Below are positions 35,601 to 45,224 of a stretch of 64,000 nucleotides of DNA, in pieces; position 1 is the first letter of the stretch, and each line of letters starts with the position of its first letter. The translations under genes were made by a program, and so were the position numbers. The stretch lies in NCBI RefSeq assembly GCF_964194025.1, contig NC_134470.1, positions 79,732,001 to 79,796,000 of the forward strand. The letters are read 5' to 3'. The notes below the pieces were generated by a model. That model ran no database searches and was not told the origin of the DNA. It worked only from the letters and a program-made list of their open reading frames with translations. The stretch is from Convolutriloba macropyga (taxonomy: Eukaryota).

Positions 35601-37733
35601 TTTTTTTGGTCTGTCTTTTTTACTGTTTTTTTTAGACTGTCGATCTACGAATCTATTGCGGCTATTTTCTGGCAATCTGCCAGCTATGTTTCTACGTTTG
35701 TTTAAGCTACAAAATGAATTAATTGGTAACTAAAATTATAACTGAAATTTACGAGAGAATTTAAGAAATTAAAATGAATTCAGCCAAAACTTTTTTACTC
35801 CTTAAATATTACGATATAAATATATCAAGCTTTACAATCGGAAGCACCTGTAACCGAAGATGAATTTCATGGAATTTATGAACTTTTATTGATAAACATT
35901 GTTTTCGAACAACAAAGTTAACGAACCCTTCTCCTTTTTCTTACCTATTTTTTTAGACTGCCATTTTATAACTTTTGAACTTGCTTTATTTTCTCATAGA
36001 ATTCTCATGGCAACAGTTTCATTAACATGTTGTATTTTATGCACATAAGCGTAAACAATAATACGGTGAACTTCGGGCCTTAGTATGTCTTGGCAAAAAA
36101 ATGAAAAGGCTCAGCAAGGGTAGATTCTTTTTTTCAATAGCTCAGTGAAAGAATTTCTGTATCTCTTCGGAACGGCATTGATCGGGCACAATTGACTGGA
36201 CAAAATAGGCAGATTTCATGAAGTGCGTAAACGAGAAATAGAGGGTTGGAACAATTATGGATATGTAATATTCATTATTCATAATGAATATTAGTTAGCC
36301 ATGAGTCATCAATATTCTGAATTGTTACTGACGCAGTTTTATTTCGCCACAGTTTTTTTACATGAAGACTCCTGTTAAGAACGTTAGGCAAAAACCATTT
36401 AAAACAAAGACGGCTATTCAAAGCCCACTTTACGCTATAAGGTGCTCAATTGTCTCAAAGAATATATGTAGAATGTTCTATTTTTCAACTTTTAACAGTT
36501 GTTCACCCCTCGGTAATATCATAGGAAAGGATTTTGTCAAGTTTACAGCGGAAAGAGGCGAAGACTTTTTTTTAAAAAAAACTCGCTTGTTGTTGAGCTT
36601 GTCGAATGGATGTCGCAATTTATGGTAAAAAGCGCGATTATGCTTTCCACGAACTGTTTGAGGAAAGTAAAATATTGACAGTTTATGAGCTTTATTGTTT
36701 TGAACTGATCAAATTCAGTTTAAAATCATTGAGGCTAGAAACTCCATCTTCAATAACTTATATGCTAGGACGGAATCAGTTTTCGAAACAAGGAACTCAC
36801 AAATGGGCCTTCTAGCTACGCCAAAATGCAAAACCAGAAGACGTCTCTTGGGCTAAGAGGTACCAAGCTAATCAATGTCTTACTCAACCGTGATTTGATC
36901 CCTCCAGATGTTTGTTGCTTTGATTAGAATCGTTTTACAACACTTACCAGGAAACTCAAGTCTATTGTTCGAACTGAAAAGTTATCAGATCTAATTTTTT
37001 GAAGCTTGGTTAAATAGGTACTCTATATAAGGGCTGTTGCCTGTAGGAGGATCCCTCTGATGCAATCAATATTCACCATTTTTTAACTGTAATGTTCTTA
37101 TGTACGCGTCAGAAAAATTTTTTCGTGCTTTCTTTAAGTAGTTTAGAGGCCGTTGGGCGCAGGAAAAATCTAAAAAGTGTTGGAGTTTTTGTGGTGGGAT
37201 GGAACTAAACTGAAGTGCTGCAAAGTTAAAAGCCTTTTTTCTGTGTTCATTTAAGCTATTATGTTGAGTTGATTGATAGGGACACTTAAGTACTTTAAAG
37301 CGTCAAGTGGTATTTGAAGTACCGTCTTTCATTTTAAAAGGTTTTTCAGGTATTTTTCATTGGGTGAGGGAAATGTCGAAAGAAGTCCTTTTCGGTCTAA
37401 ATATTGACAGTCAACGTACCTGTAAAAGTTGTCGGGCAATGTTGAAGAAATCACTGTGCTAGTTTGCGATTTGAACAACTCTTTGTTCTCACAGTTGAAC
37501 TTGTAAATTTCCCGGAATACTGGATCTTTCAATAACACAGTGAGCTGTCTCAGCTGGTCACAGCCAGGGTGATTGCTGTCCGGGTAACTTGTTAAGAACT
37601 GGTGGAGAACAGCATGCGTGCTCCGTTCGATTTGGTCCAGCCCAATTGTCGCGTCACCCTGGTGGGGTTGCGGGGACCAGGGTGACCTGGTGGGCTCACG
37701 ATTGTAATAATTGTAATTTCCGTCGTTCAACAT
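14455..37733 (-). CDS. MPDZ: Multiple PDZ domain protein, MPDZ/PATJ (INADL) family; L27 + 7 PDZ, ~1448 aa, 14 coding exons
   Basis: Exons 37420-37733, 33022-33124, 32327-32464, 31420-31608, 30127-30382, 29359-29767, 28649-28907, 28052-28225, 22783-23496, 21663-22105, 20240-20826, 19049-19440, 18535-18676 and 14455-14681 join by GT-AG in one frame (4347 nt). L27-like DQLRQLTVLLKDPVFREI; PDZ loops SSWGFSV, GSFGFAI, GSLGINI, ESMGLKI, QLMGMGL, EPLGISIV. The last domain (REQAINIIRQCRSPLRFIVQS) resembles MPDZ PDZ7. MPDZ versus PATJ orthology is unresolved. Confidence 0.8.
15550..17330 (+). mobile_element. Highly decayed LINE (APE endonuclease + RT remnants)
   Basis: A-rich strand with a WVVACVYR (endonuclease-like) remnant and RPS/QGS-like remnants; many stops. 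Confidence 0.45.
18535..18676 (-). CDS. MPDZ: MPDZ-like exon 13
   Basis: GPKRFVEIVKGDDEPLGISIV...IREGSPAD. Confidence 0.85.
19049..19440 (-). CDS. MPDZ: MPDZ-like exon 12 (donor position uncertain)
   Basis: GDYLIAINGYEL; CAG|GTTGGA donor. Confidence 0.75.
20240..20826 (-). CDS. MPDZ: MPDZ-like exon 11
   Basis: GMLVRSISPDGLIGEDGRIQEG. Confidence 0.85.
21034..21391 (+). mobile_element. HINE-2 element with a tRNA-Gly-like core
   Basis: HINE-2 termini; internal TCAGACTGCCACCCTGGAGGCAAGTAGTTCGAATCCC followed by a T-run. Confidence 0.6.
21663..22105 (-). CDS. MPDZ: MPDZ-like exon 10
   Basis: LMNQLPNGQIKFGIRK; GTGAGT donor. Confidence 0.8.
22783..23496 (-). CDS. MPDZ: MPDZ-like exon 9
   Basis: ESMGLKIS...GGEAEKADILAPNDRIVQ. 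Confidence 0.85.
24200..25250 (-). mobile_element. Probable decayed LINE fragment
   Basis: A-rich minus strand with weak RT-like remnants; no intact ORF. Confidence 0.35.
25327..27863 (+). mobile_element. Composite: HINE-2 containing HINE-3 (25349-27132) and HINE-4 (27138-27513) in tandem
   Basis: Each module has its own subTIR pair and 3' hairpin+CTAT. HINE-3 is colinear with 33441-35239. Confidence 0.7.
28052..28225 (-). CDS. MPDZ: MPDZ-like exon 8 (linker)
   Basis: Open frame, GTATGT donor, phase 0-0. Confidence 0.6.
28649..28907 (-). CDS. MPDZ: MPDZ-like exon 7
   Basis: LEPGDQILEIDG. Confidence 0.75.
28991..29099 (-). mobile_element. tRNA-derived (Ala-TGC-like) SINE-type repeat
   Basis: Homologous to 31791-31900; A- and B-box remnants. 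Confidence 0.55.
29359..29767 (-). CDS. MPDZ: MPDZ-like exon 6
   Basis: LFIKDVVPGSPADKCGMIQPMDQIVGVNG. Confidence 0.85.
30127..30382 (-). CDS. MPDZ: MPDZ-like exon 5
   Basis: GVASKDGRLKKGDIVQCIN. Confidence 0.85.
30806..31386. mobile_element. Palindromic MITE with ~255-bp TIRs; solo arm at 32514-32761
   Basis: 30806-31063 is the diverged reverse complement of 31130-31386 and of 32514-32761. Confidence 0.8.
31420..31608 (-). CDS. MPDZ: MPDZ-like exon 4
   Basis: GGSFGFAIV; GTAAGT donor; phase 0-0. Confidence 0.8.
31791..31900 (+). mobile_element. tRNA-derived (Ala-TGC-like) SINE-type repeat / pseudo-tRNA
   Basis: 31815-31887 partly folds: D arm GTGT/GCAC, loop CTTGCAA, T arm GCTGG-TTCGAAT-CCAGT. 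The anticodon stem is mispaired. Confidence 0.55.
32327..32464 (-). CDS. MPDZ: MPDZ-like exon 3
   Basis: LIRPGDELILINNH; phase 0-0. Confidence 0.8.
33022..33124 (-). CDS. MPDZ: MPDZ-like exon 2 (PDZ1 start; not in the ORF track)
   Basis: VHFPARPGSSWGFSVGGVEL; phases fit both neighbours. Confidence 0.8.
33388..35689 (+). mobile_element. HINE-1 with a nested 1.8-kb HINE-3 (33441-35239)
   Basis: Outer subTIR AATAGCCGCA/TGCGGCTATT with hairpin CTGGCA-ATC-TGCCAG+CTATGT. Inner subTIR CGACTCGAAG/CTTCGAGTCG with hairpin CCGGAA-TTC-TTCCGG+CTATG. Confidence 0.75.
36400..37100 (+). mobile_element. LINE 3'-end fragment
   Basis: LFEESKILTVYELYCFELIKF is homologous to the 3' part of the minus-strand LINE near 62020-62080. 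Confidence 0.55.
37420..37733 (-). CDS. MPDZ: MPDZ-like exon 1 (L27)
   Basis: ATG at 37733; AG|GTACGT donor. Confidence 0.75.
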
Positions 37734-38289
37734 TGTGGTATTATATAACCCAGCTTTTAGAGTTAAAAAATGAAAGGTATACAATGTTCACAAATGTAAT
37801 GGAAATTTCTCACATTCGGTCTTTGGCTGTTTTCAATCAATAAAGTAATTTAAAAATATTAAATGTTGCTTCCCTATTGATTTACTTTTTAAGTAGTAAA
37901 AAAATAATTTCCGCAAAAGTGTAATGTAAATTTATATCGGATGGTCAGTGATTGGTAACTTGGTCATTTTACACAAGAAGTCGGAGTGGTCAACGAACGA
38001 TACTCTACGCTTGTATTTGCGTGTTTATTATTTAGCGTTTGGTTTCATTCAAAGGTATATTAAATATGCACACGAATAATCATGTTCCGTATCAAATGTT
38101 TGTTTCATTATTGTCTATAGAACAAATATACCATTATTCAATGCTGTACTGTAGTACTCATTTTTTGTCTGTTTGAAGCGTGTTTAATCTGCAACTAAAC
38201 GTGTGGTAGAGGTCTTTGTCCAATTATGATAGCAAAAACAATGCTGTTATCTTCAGCAGGAATTATTCCATGTAACTGAGCTATTTTAC

Positions 38290-38600
38290 CTGATTGGAAA
38301 TGATAGTAGTTTGGTTTGAGCTTCACCGTCTTTGAAGCTTCTTTGTTGGCTAATAATATTATTACGTCAGGGCCGAGAATTCGGAGTGTAAACTACAAAA
38401 TGTGTATTTTTAACCGGAACCAGTTGGAAATGTGATTTGAAGGTCTGTGGAACGGTTTAATTAAATCTGTTTGACGATATGTGATAAGTTACAGCTTTAA
38501 TCGGCCGCGAAGAATCTAAACATATGACGTCATGTCTGTGGTCAGAACTAATAAACATATCACCTAATTTGTCTCAAGTTGAACTTGATTAATTTTTCAG
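38290..38600. promoter_or_regulatory. Putative bidirectional promoter between MPDZ-like and DMAC2L
   Basis: Divergent genes with ATGs 915 bp apart. A minus-strand CAG|GTAAAA donor at 38289 implies an MPDZ 5'UTR exon. CRE/ATF motifs TTACGTCA (~38362) and TGACGTCA (~38525). Confidence 0.5.
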
Positions 38601-38647
38601 TTCAATGTGTGACTGTTAGTGGCGTTGTTGTAGTCGAGATAAAAAAG

Positions 38648-41600
38648 ATGATGTTTAAGAGAAGCATATCGTTTTCGTACGTTTATTGGATCTTCAACAG
38701 AGTAGACAGAAAAAGGATAGCAGAGGTCGGTCCTGACATCGCGTGTGCAGAATGGTTGCTGAGGAACAGTGCCTTTGTGAGGTTCAAAGGGAGGCCCAAG
38801 CTAATCACAGGCTGGTAAATATGCACCCATAGATAACCTTATGGTCTTATTTATTACTTATTTGCAATTTTTCTGTAGATCTTTCTAACGAAGGTTTCTG
38901 GTCGCACTCACCTGTTTAATGGTAGGACCATAGATAACCTTATGGTCTTATTTCTTAACGAAAAATCTGCAATTTTTCTGTAGATCTTTCTAACGAAGGT
39001 TTCTGGTCGCACTCACCTGTTTAATGGTAGGACCATAGATAACCTTATGGTCTTATTTCATAACGAAAAATCTGCAATTTTTCTGTAGATCTTTCTAACG
39101 AAGGTTTCTGGTCGCACTCACCTGTTTAATGGTAGGACCATAGATAACCTTATGGTCTTATTTCTTAACGAAAAATCTGCAATTTTTCTGTAGATCTTTC
39201 TAACGAAGGTTTCAGGTCGCACTCACCTGTTTAATGTCCTCTTAAGCAATTTTCCATCATCCCTCAAGGTTATTAATTGCTCTTAAACGTTACTAAAGTT
39301 TAGCTATTATATTAGTCCTGTTGGTCTTTTTATGCGGTTTTTCGCTTGACCGATTTTTCGTCTGACCCATTTGTCTTGTCGTCCTCAAAAACGAGATAAA
39401 CAGGTAGCGCCCAGCGGGCATTAAATGCTCTTAGAGCCTTTCAGCTCACTAGTCTCCAAGTATGCGATTCACAGAAACTGTTTTGGAGACTTGTAGTTAT
39501 GGTGGGAAGGGCGGTTCTTAGAAGTTGACCCCCCAACCCCTATCACTCCCCGAGCAATCCACGCCTCTGCAGATCGTTCAGGCCATAAAGGCCCCGTGCA
39601 TCCAAAGACCCCCCCGACTGTTTCCCCCAACCCCGTCCCCACTGTTGCCCCCCCCCCCCCCCACTGTTGCCCATCAGCCCCCCTTTGGTGCACTCCCTCC
39701 CGCTGCGCTTATCTCAAGCCCCTTCAATTAAGCTAAAGCTATGGACGTCATGACGTTTAATAAGGCTCTCTTCTTTAAGATCTGAGAAAATTGTATTGGG
39801 CGCTCAGTTTTTGTAAGATGTTTTCATGCATTGTGAAAAGTTTTGATTTTGATATGTGTTAAATCCGTATTAAATGGCCGTGACTTTGAGTTGACGTGCC
39901 GGAACGTGACGAACGGACGTCCCAATGAAATAAACAACGCTTCAAATTGTCAAGCAGGCTGCATGTCACATGGTTTTTTCATCGTAGGGCCAAAGTTTTT
40001 CGTGTCCTATTTTAACCACGCTTTAAAAACCTTCTGCTTACGTTTTTTGACCGCATTTTTCTTTGTTAACTTTCAATTTATGCTATTTAATACTTTTATG
40101 AAAAGAACAATGAACAGTGTGCAGCTATTGATTTGATCAATTTTGACAGCAAAATGCTCCTAAACTTTTTTTCAGAATTTGCAATTTTGTCCAACTTTCT
40201 TGCTGTTTTATTTCTTGCTGTTAACAAAAGTGATTTCTGAAGCTTTCTAGTGCTGCTCTGTTTTGAATTTTGACAAATTCAGCACACAAATTTTAAACAA
40301 TGTCTACTATTTGTTTTACCCCCATTTCTTGTCGTTTTGTTATTTTTTCATGCTATCATTGATTGCTCTCGAACGAAATTTGAAGCAATAATTGTAAATG
40401 TGCGTTTTTATTTTTGCAAATTGTTAGCTGGAGCGTTCTGAATTTCTAACTAGAACAATCTAGAGAGATTCTTCCGCTCTCTTGAGTGATATAATTTGTC
40501 TTTAAAAACGGAGTGAACTGGTAAAGGCTTGAGGTATTGATTCTCTGAGCAGCTATCTTAGAGCTTTAATAAGCTCTAGTTTTACGGTTCTGAAGAACGC
40601 TTGCGGAGGCAGATTTTCAGTATTTGAAAAGGGATCTTTGAGCGTCGGTCCCGACATGTTTTACCACTTCCCGCGTCGCTGTTATCCTCGCTCACTGAGG
40701 ATTACCTCCCTGTGCTTACGCTAGTTACAACCAAGCCGACTCTGTGCTTGTTGCTTGAGAGCAATTTTTCCGATTGCAGTCGGTTATTTCTAGAAGATTC
40801 GCAGTTTGAATTGCGTGGAGGGTTCGCTGAGCCGTTTTCATTTTGCTGATTTCGCTAAGGCCTATGCTTTCATAAATTGATAGGATCTTAAGCGATCGTA
40901 CCCCACCTCACGAATATGTTATGAAAACACCAATTACAGGGCACATGCCATTACATTGTAATTCGTTGCGTAAAAATGTCACGTGCGTCTTGGGGGTTCA
41001 ATTTATATGCACCCACTACGGTGGGGGGATGGAAGAGATCCAAAGGTTGTAATAGTTCTCTTATGATTCACATTTTCGTTTACGTAGCATATAACAAGGC
41101 GGAGCTATTGATTTTATTGGTTTTGAAATCACTGATTTTCAAGAGGTTTAATAGAAGTTATGTGTTTTCTCAAGATTCATGTTTGTTTAATTGCTTAAGC
41201 GTGGGTTACCGTTTTGAGTGGAAGTTTGGAAGTAGCTGTGTGAAAGTATAAATGAGCGATCCTCCTTGTTTGCAAATGAGTTTAGGCTACCTAAATTGTT
41301 CAGACTTAGCGTTAACAACTTTGAGGCTGTATCACTTGACCTGGCTATGGAAGCTTATTGTACACCTTTTAGATAGTTTTTAGTAGATGTGGTCTAGTTA
41401 ATGGGTCTAGTTGATATACAAACAGCTTTGGTTGTTTGTTTGAAAAAAATCTGTTCTCAAGTTTGATCGAAATTGCGTTTTGAATAGTTGGTTGACCGAT
41501 AGCTACTCGTTTGGACTCATGTACAACTCAAAATTGTCCTAAAGTTAATTAATTTTTCACGACGCGGCATCTTGGCTCAGAATTTTAAAAACGACAGAAG

Positions 41601-44109
41601 ACTTGAAAGAAGACAAAGCTAATTTTTTTTTGAAATGGCTTCCCTATTGGAGCGATTCAAAAGATAGCTGTTTTTTTTTTACTTTTTAGCTAAAAGCTTA
41701 ACTGAAAAGCGGATTTATGAGCTCGCTTTTTTTTCTATACCCATTTTTATTCAATTTTCACCAGAAATATTGATTGGTAGCAGACATGACCGACAGAATC
41801 GGAAAGTGTTTTCAAAGTAGAGATTGGTAGCAGACATGACCGACAGAATCTGAAAGTCTTTTCAAAGTAGAGATAGGCGTTTAGCGACTGTGGAATAGAG
41901 AATTTCGTTTTCTCCAGTTATTAAGTTTGAAGCGATGTTTAGTTTGAAGCAATTATATAAACATGTTAGTCTTTTTATGCCAAATTTTTTCTTGACCGTT
42001 TTGATTTCTCAATAGACTTTTACGCCCCTGACCTTTTCGAATTGATTGATCTAAATTTCTCTCTCATTCACAAGTGCCGGAAACTGAACTCGTGCGCCGA
42101 AATTGGTATATTTTTTTCTTAATTTTGTGTTTATAGGGTTATATAATAAATTCTAATGACTTCATTTGAAGCCCCCCCTCTTATTGAATTTAGAATTTAG
42201 TTATTCGCCCGACTGAATCAGCTATCAATGGATTTAAGCTCCCACCAGTCGTTCCAGAGCATTTCGTCCAACGTTAGTCGGGTATTTTTAACTAAGGTTT
42301 TCCGTGGAAATTTAGACAAAATGATCCAAAATATTTAAATATGGGAAATCATATTTCTCATCTTGCGTGACTAGTTTTCCTATTTCAAGCAGAACTCTAA
42401 ACATTAACAAGTTTTCTAAGCGGTTTATATGTTTCCTTAAAAGATATGAAAAATAAATGTCGAAGATCACAGAATTTTAAAGTAAAAACGATATCATTAG
42501 CTTTTTGAATTCTTTGGGAACAGTTTCAGGTTGCCTTGAACAGCTGCATTTGAGAAAAAAATATTACAGAAATATAAAGCGTCCATAATTTTCATTCAAT
42601 GACCAGTGAAGGTGTTATAAATAAGTTTAGCTCAAATTCTTTTCAGTCAAATAATCTTGAATATAAAATTATTAGGGGAAGAGACCGCGACAGCTGATTA
42701 AACTTTTCCGTCGTAGCTGTACTGTTGACTCACGTAGATGAATAGTAATTGTGACAAAAATATTTCTGAATTAACGACGTATCAGGTTTTTTCATTGTTA
42801 ATCAAGAACCATTATTCAAAAGTTCTCTTGTGAGCTACTTGTTTGCAATTGTTACTGCAACAGTTTTTAGTTTTAAAAATTTAAGCGGTAAATAACTATT
42901 ATTTAATTGAAACATAAAGTTTTTAGAAAAGGAAAAATTGATTTTATTTCAAAGATCTATACAGTAATCAATGGAAGTTTACTGTCCGAAAGCAGTGTTC
43001 ATAGTTAATTAGCCCATCGCTCCTAGAAAGCATTATTAGACCTAAAAAATGAAAGTTGTATGGTAAAAGAACAATTTACTGATTTTGCTCTGAACTTCAA
43101 ATCATTTTTTAATGAATCGTTTTTTAAAACACATCCCAGAAGCAGAAACATAATTGACAGATTTAAGTGAGGGGTATATTTTTATCATAAGTTAATTGTT
43201 CATCGATTATTGAAAGTGATAGCAAAAAAAAAGACTTTTCTATCTTTGTTTTCATTATTTGCTCTCAGCCGCTCAAATGCTCGAAGTAGAGTGAACCTCC
43301 AGACTAATACATTTGTATACCGATTTTCATGAGATGTATCATTTTGGGCAAAATTCGAGACTCCTTCTCATTTTTGACAGTTCGATACAAATGTATATGG
43401 TGTGATTAACGGTATGTACTGATTCCAGGCTACTATCAGCTGCCTCATGACCGCAAACTGAAGCTGTCTGAAATTCATGCAGTAAACTGTGGCATTACTG
43501 TGGACGGATTCCCTTATCTAAAAGGTTTGCATTTTTTAATAGCCCCAACCAATTATTCCAAATGTAACAGTTAGTTGCCGCTATTGTCGCATTTTTCAGC
43601 TCTAAAGTTCGAGAAGGTTCCATTTTGCCTAATGTATAAAGAATTACCTAATTCTTTTAAAACCAAAAAACCTCGATTAGTTTACAATACGCGAATCACT
43701 CAACTTAATAATGCTGAATCAGCTTTATTTGTGCCATGCTACTTTCAACAGAAATTAAATTGAAGTTAAAGCATAGCGTCTTGTTTCAGGATTAGAAGGT
43801 CTGGAGAAAATGCTGATGATAAATTCAAAAATGATCGACAACCATTGCCTCAATGCCCTCCAAGTCGTATCAGAATCACTGACTCATGTTGAACTGGAAA
43901 GGTGTCCTGACGTCACTCTAAAGGGAGTTCTGTGCTTGGCTAGGTTGAAAAATTTGAAGTACCTCCGGCTGCATCAATTAGACGGTTTGACAAGTGAAGA
44001 GTGGGAACGATTGACGCTCAATTCAAAGGAGTTGTTTCCGAATTGTGATACTGTTCTTGGAGCGGCTGATTTTATCGAGGCCGAACATGCATTACCGCCT
44101 CCTTCGTGA
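38648..44109 (+). CDS. DMAC2L: ATP synthase subunit s (coupling factor B), mitochondrial; exons 38648-38810, 43429-43524, 43790-44109 (192 aa)
   Basis: IFNRVDRKRIAEVGPDIACAEWLLRNSAFVRF matches ATP5S VFNKVDYDRIRDVGPDRAASEWLLRCGAMVRY. The LRR-like C-terminus CPDVTLKGVLCLARLKNLKYLRL also matches. Confidence 0.9.
38827..39237. repeat. 105-bp tandem repeat, ~4 copies
   Basis: GGTAGGACCATAGATAACC recurs at 38921, 39026 and 39131. Confidence 0.95.
41772..41873. repeat. ~50-bp tandem duplication
   Basis: GATTGGTAGCAGACATGACCGACAGAATC...CAAAGTAGA occurs twice. Confidence 0.9.
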
Positions 44110-44381
44110 AATTTTTGAACAAACATTTTTTTGTAATAATCTCTTTATAAATTCTAAATTTTACTGGTTATATTGGTCCTCTAGACGTCATAATTTGACC
44201 TCCAGTTTGGCTCCTTTCAAAGGTCAAAGTTTGCAAAGATTGCTAGATCAGTGCTGAGATTTCATTTCATCAATTTGCAAGCCTGTCAAGTTGTCTCTCT
44301 GTAAATCGTGATTATGTTTACTTAGCGTTTGTGGTGTTGACATGTTAAATTTAACTCGCGTTCACTCATTTCAGAATTTAA

Positions 44382-45224
44382 ATGTCACAATCTAAGTTGA
44401 GTAGCAGCAATAAAACTAGCAACAACGAAAATACCACCATGGCAAGTGGAGTTAGAGGTCTAGACGGGGGTTCCATAACGTCTTCTAGCATCATTGTCGA
44501 GGAGTGGGAGGATCTTGGATCATCGACGTCGGGTTCCATTCGCCCACCTGGTACTCAAGGTGGAGGAACTGCTTCAACCTTGGGATCCGTGGATAGCGAA
44601 GTCATAAACTCAGTTTCAAGTCTGTCATCGACAGCTTCTGGAATTTCGTCGAGCAATGCCACTAACACTTCGCCTTATAACGACGAGTTGGAGCGTCTTC
44701 TGTTGGAAGCCCAACGAGAGGGAAGTTCGAGAGCAACGTCAATCAGAAGCAGCAGTGGGCCACATTCGCCCGTGTGGTCAGTTGGAGGCGGGACTGGATT
44801 TAGCAGTCCAGTATTGTTACAGAATTCAGCCAATCAGACTAATTTGGAAACCGCGTTGGCAAATTATTCAAGTCGGCCAGAATGTACTCCTTTGAAACCT
44901 CACGAATTAGCAGAAAAATTCAGGCATCCAAATGGTCATAACTCAATTGTATCGGGAAATGTATTGATGGTATCAGAAATCGATCCAGAGCAGAACAACC
45001 GATTAGCCAATAGCAATTACCCTCTATTCATATCAGACTCTGAAAGTGAACCTGAACCCGAACCCAATTTGGGGTGGCTGACTAGTTTGTCATCCTCCTT
45101 TAGAACAATATTCACTCCTCCGTACTCATATTTCCTTATTCCAACGCACGTAATTATGTTTGGACTGGGAGCCCTGTGTGCTTATGTATACTTTGCGAAG
45201 AGGATGCTCAAAAAATGGAGATAG
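44382..45224 (+). CDS. BNIP3: BNIP3/NIX-like mitophagy receptor (280 aa, single coding exon)
   Basis: LIR-like EEWEDL; ELERLLLEAQRE (cf. MEKILLDAQHE); YSSRPECTP..KFRHP (cf. WSSRPENIPPKEF..RHP); C-terminal TM THVIMFGLG followed by a basic tail. Confidence 0.88.
   Translation: MSQSKLSSSNKTSNNENTTMASGVRGLDGGSITSSSIIVEEWEDLGSSTSGSIRPPGTQGGGTASTLGSVDSEVINSVSSLSSTASGISSSNATNTSPYNDELERLLLEAQREGSSRATSIRSSSGPHSPVWSVGGGTGFSSPVLLQNSANQTNLETALANYSSRPECTPLKPHELAEKFRHPNGHNSIVSGNVLMVSEIDPEQNNRLANSNYPLFISDSESEPEPEPNLGWLTSLSSSFRTIFTPPYSYFLIPTHVIMFGLGALCAYVYFAKRMLKKWR

Noticed and set aside
38827-39237. CRISPR-like array
   Set aside because: The units are full tandem copies with no unique spacers; the context is eukaryotic and no cas genes are present.
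40684-40703. CTCGCTCACTGAGG resembling an AAV ITR
   Set aside because: Only a 14-nt match inside a HINE-2 core, with no rep/cap sequence or T-shaped hairpin; likely chance.
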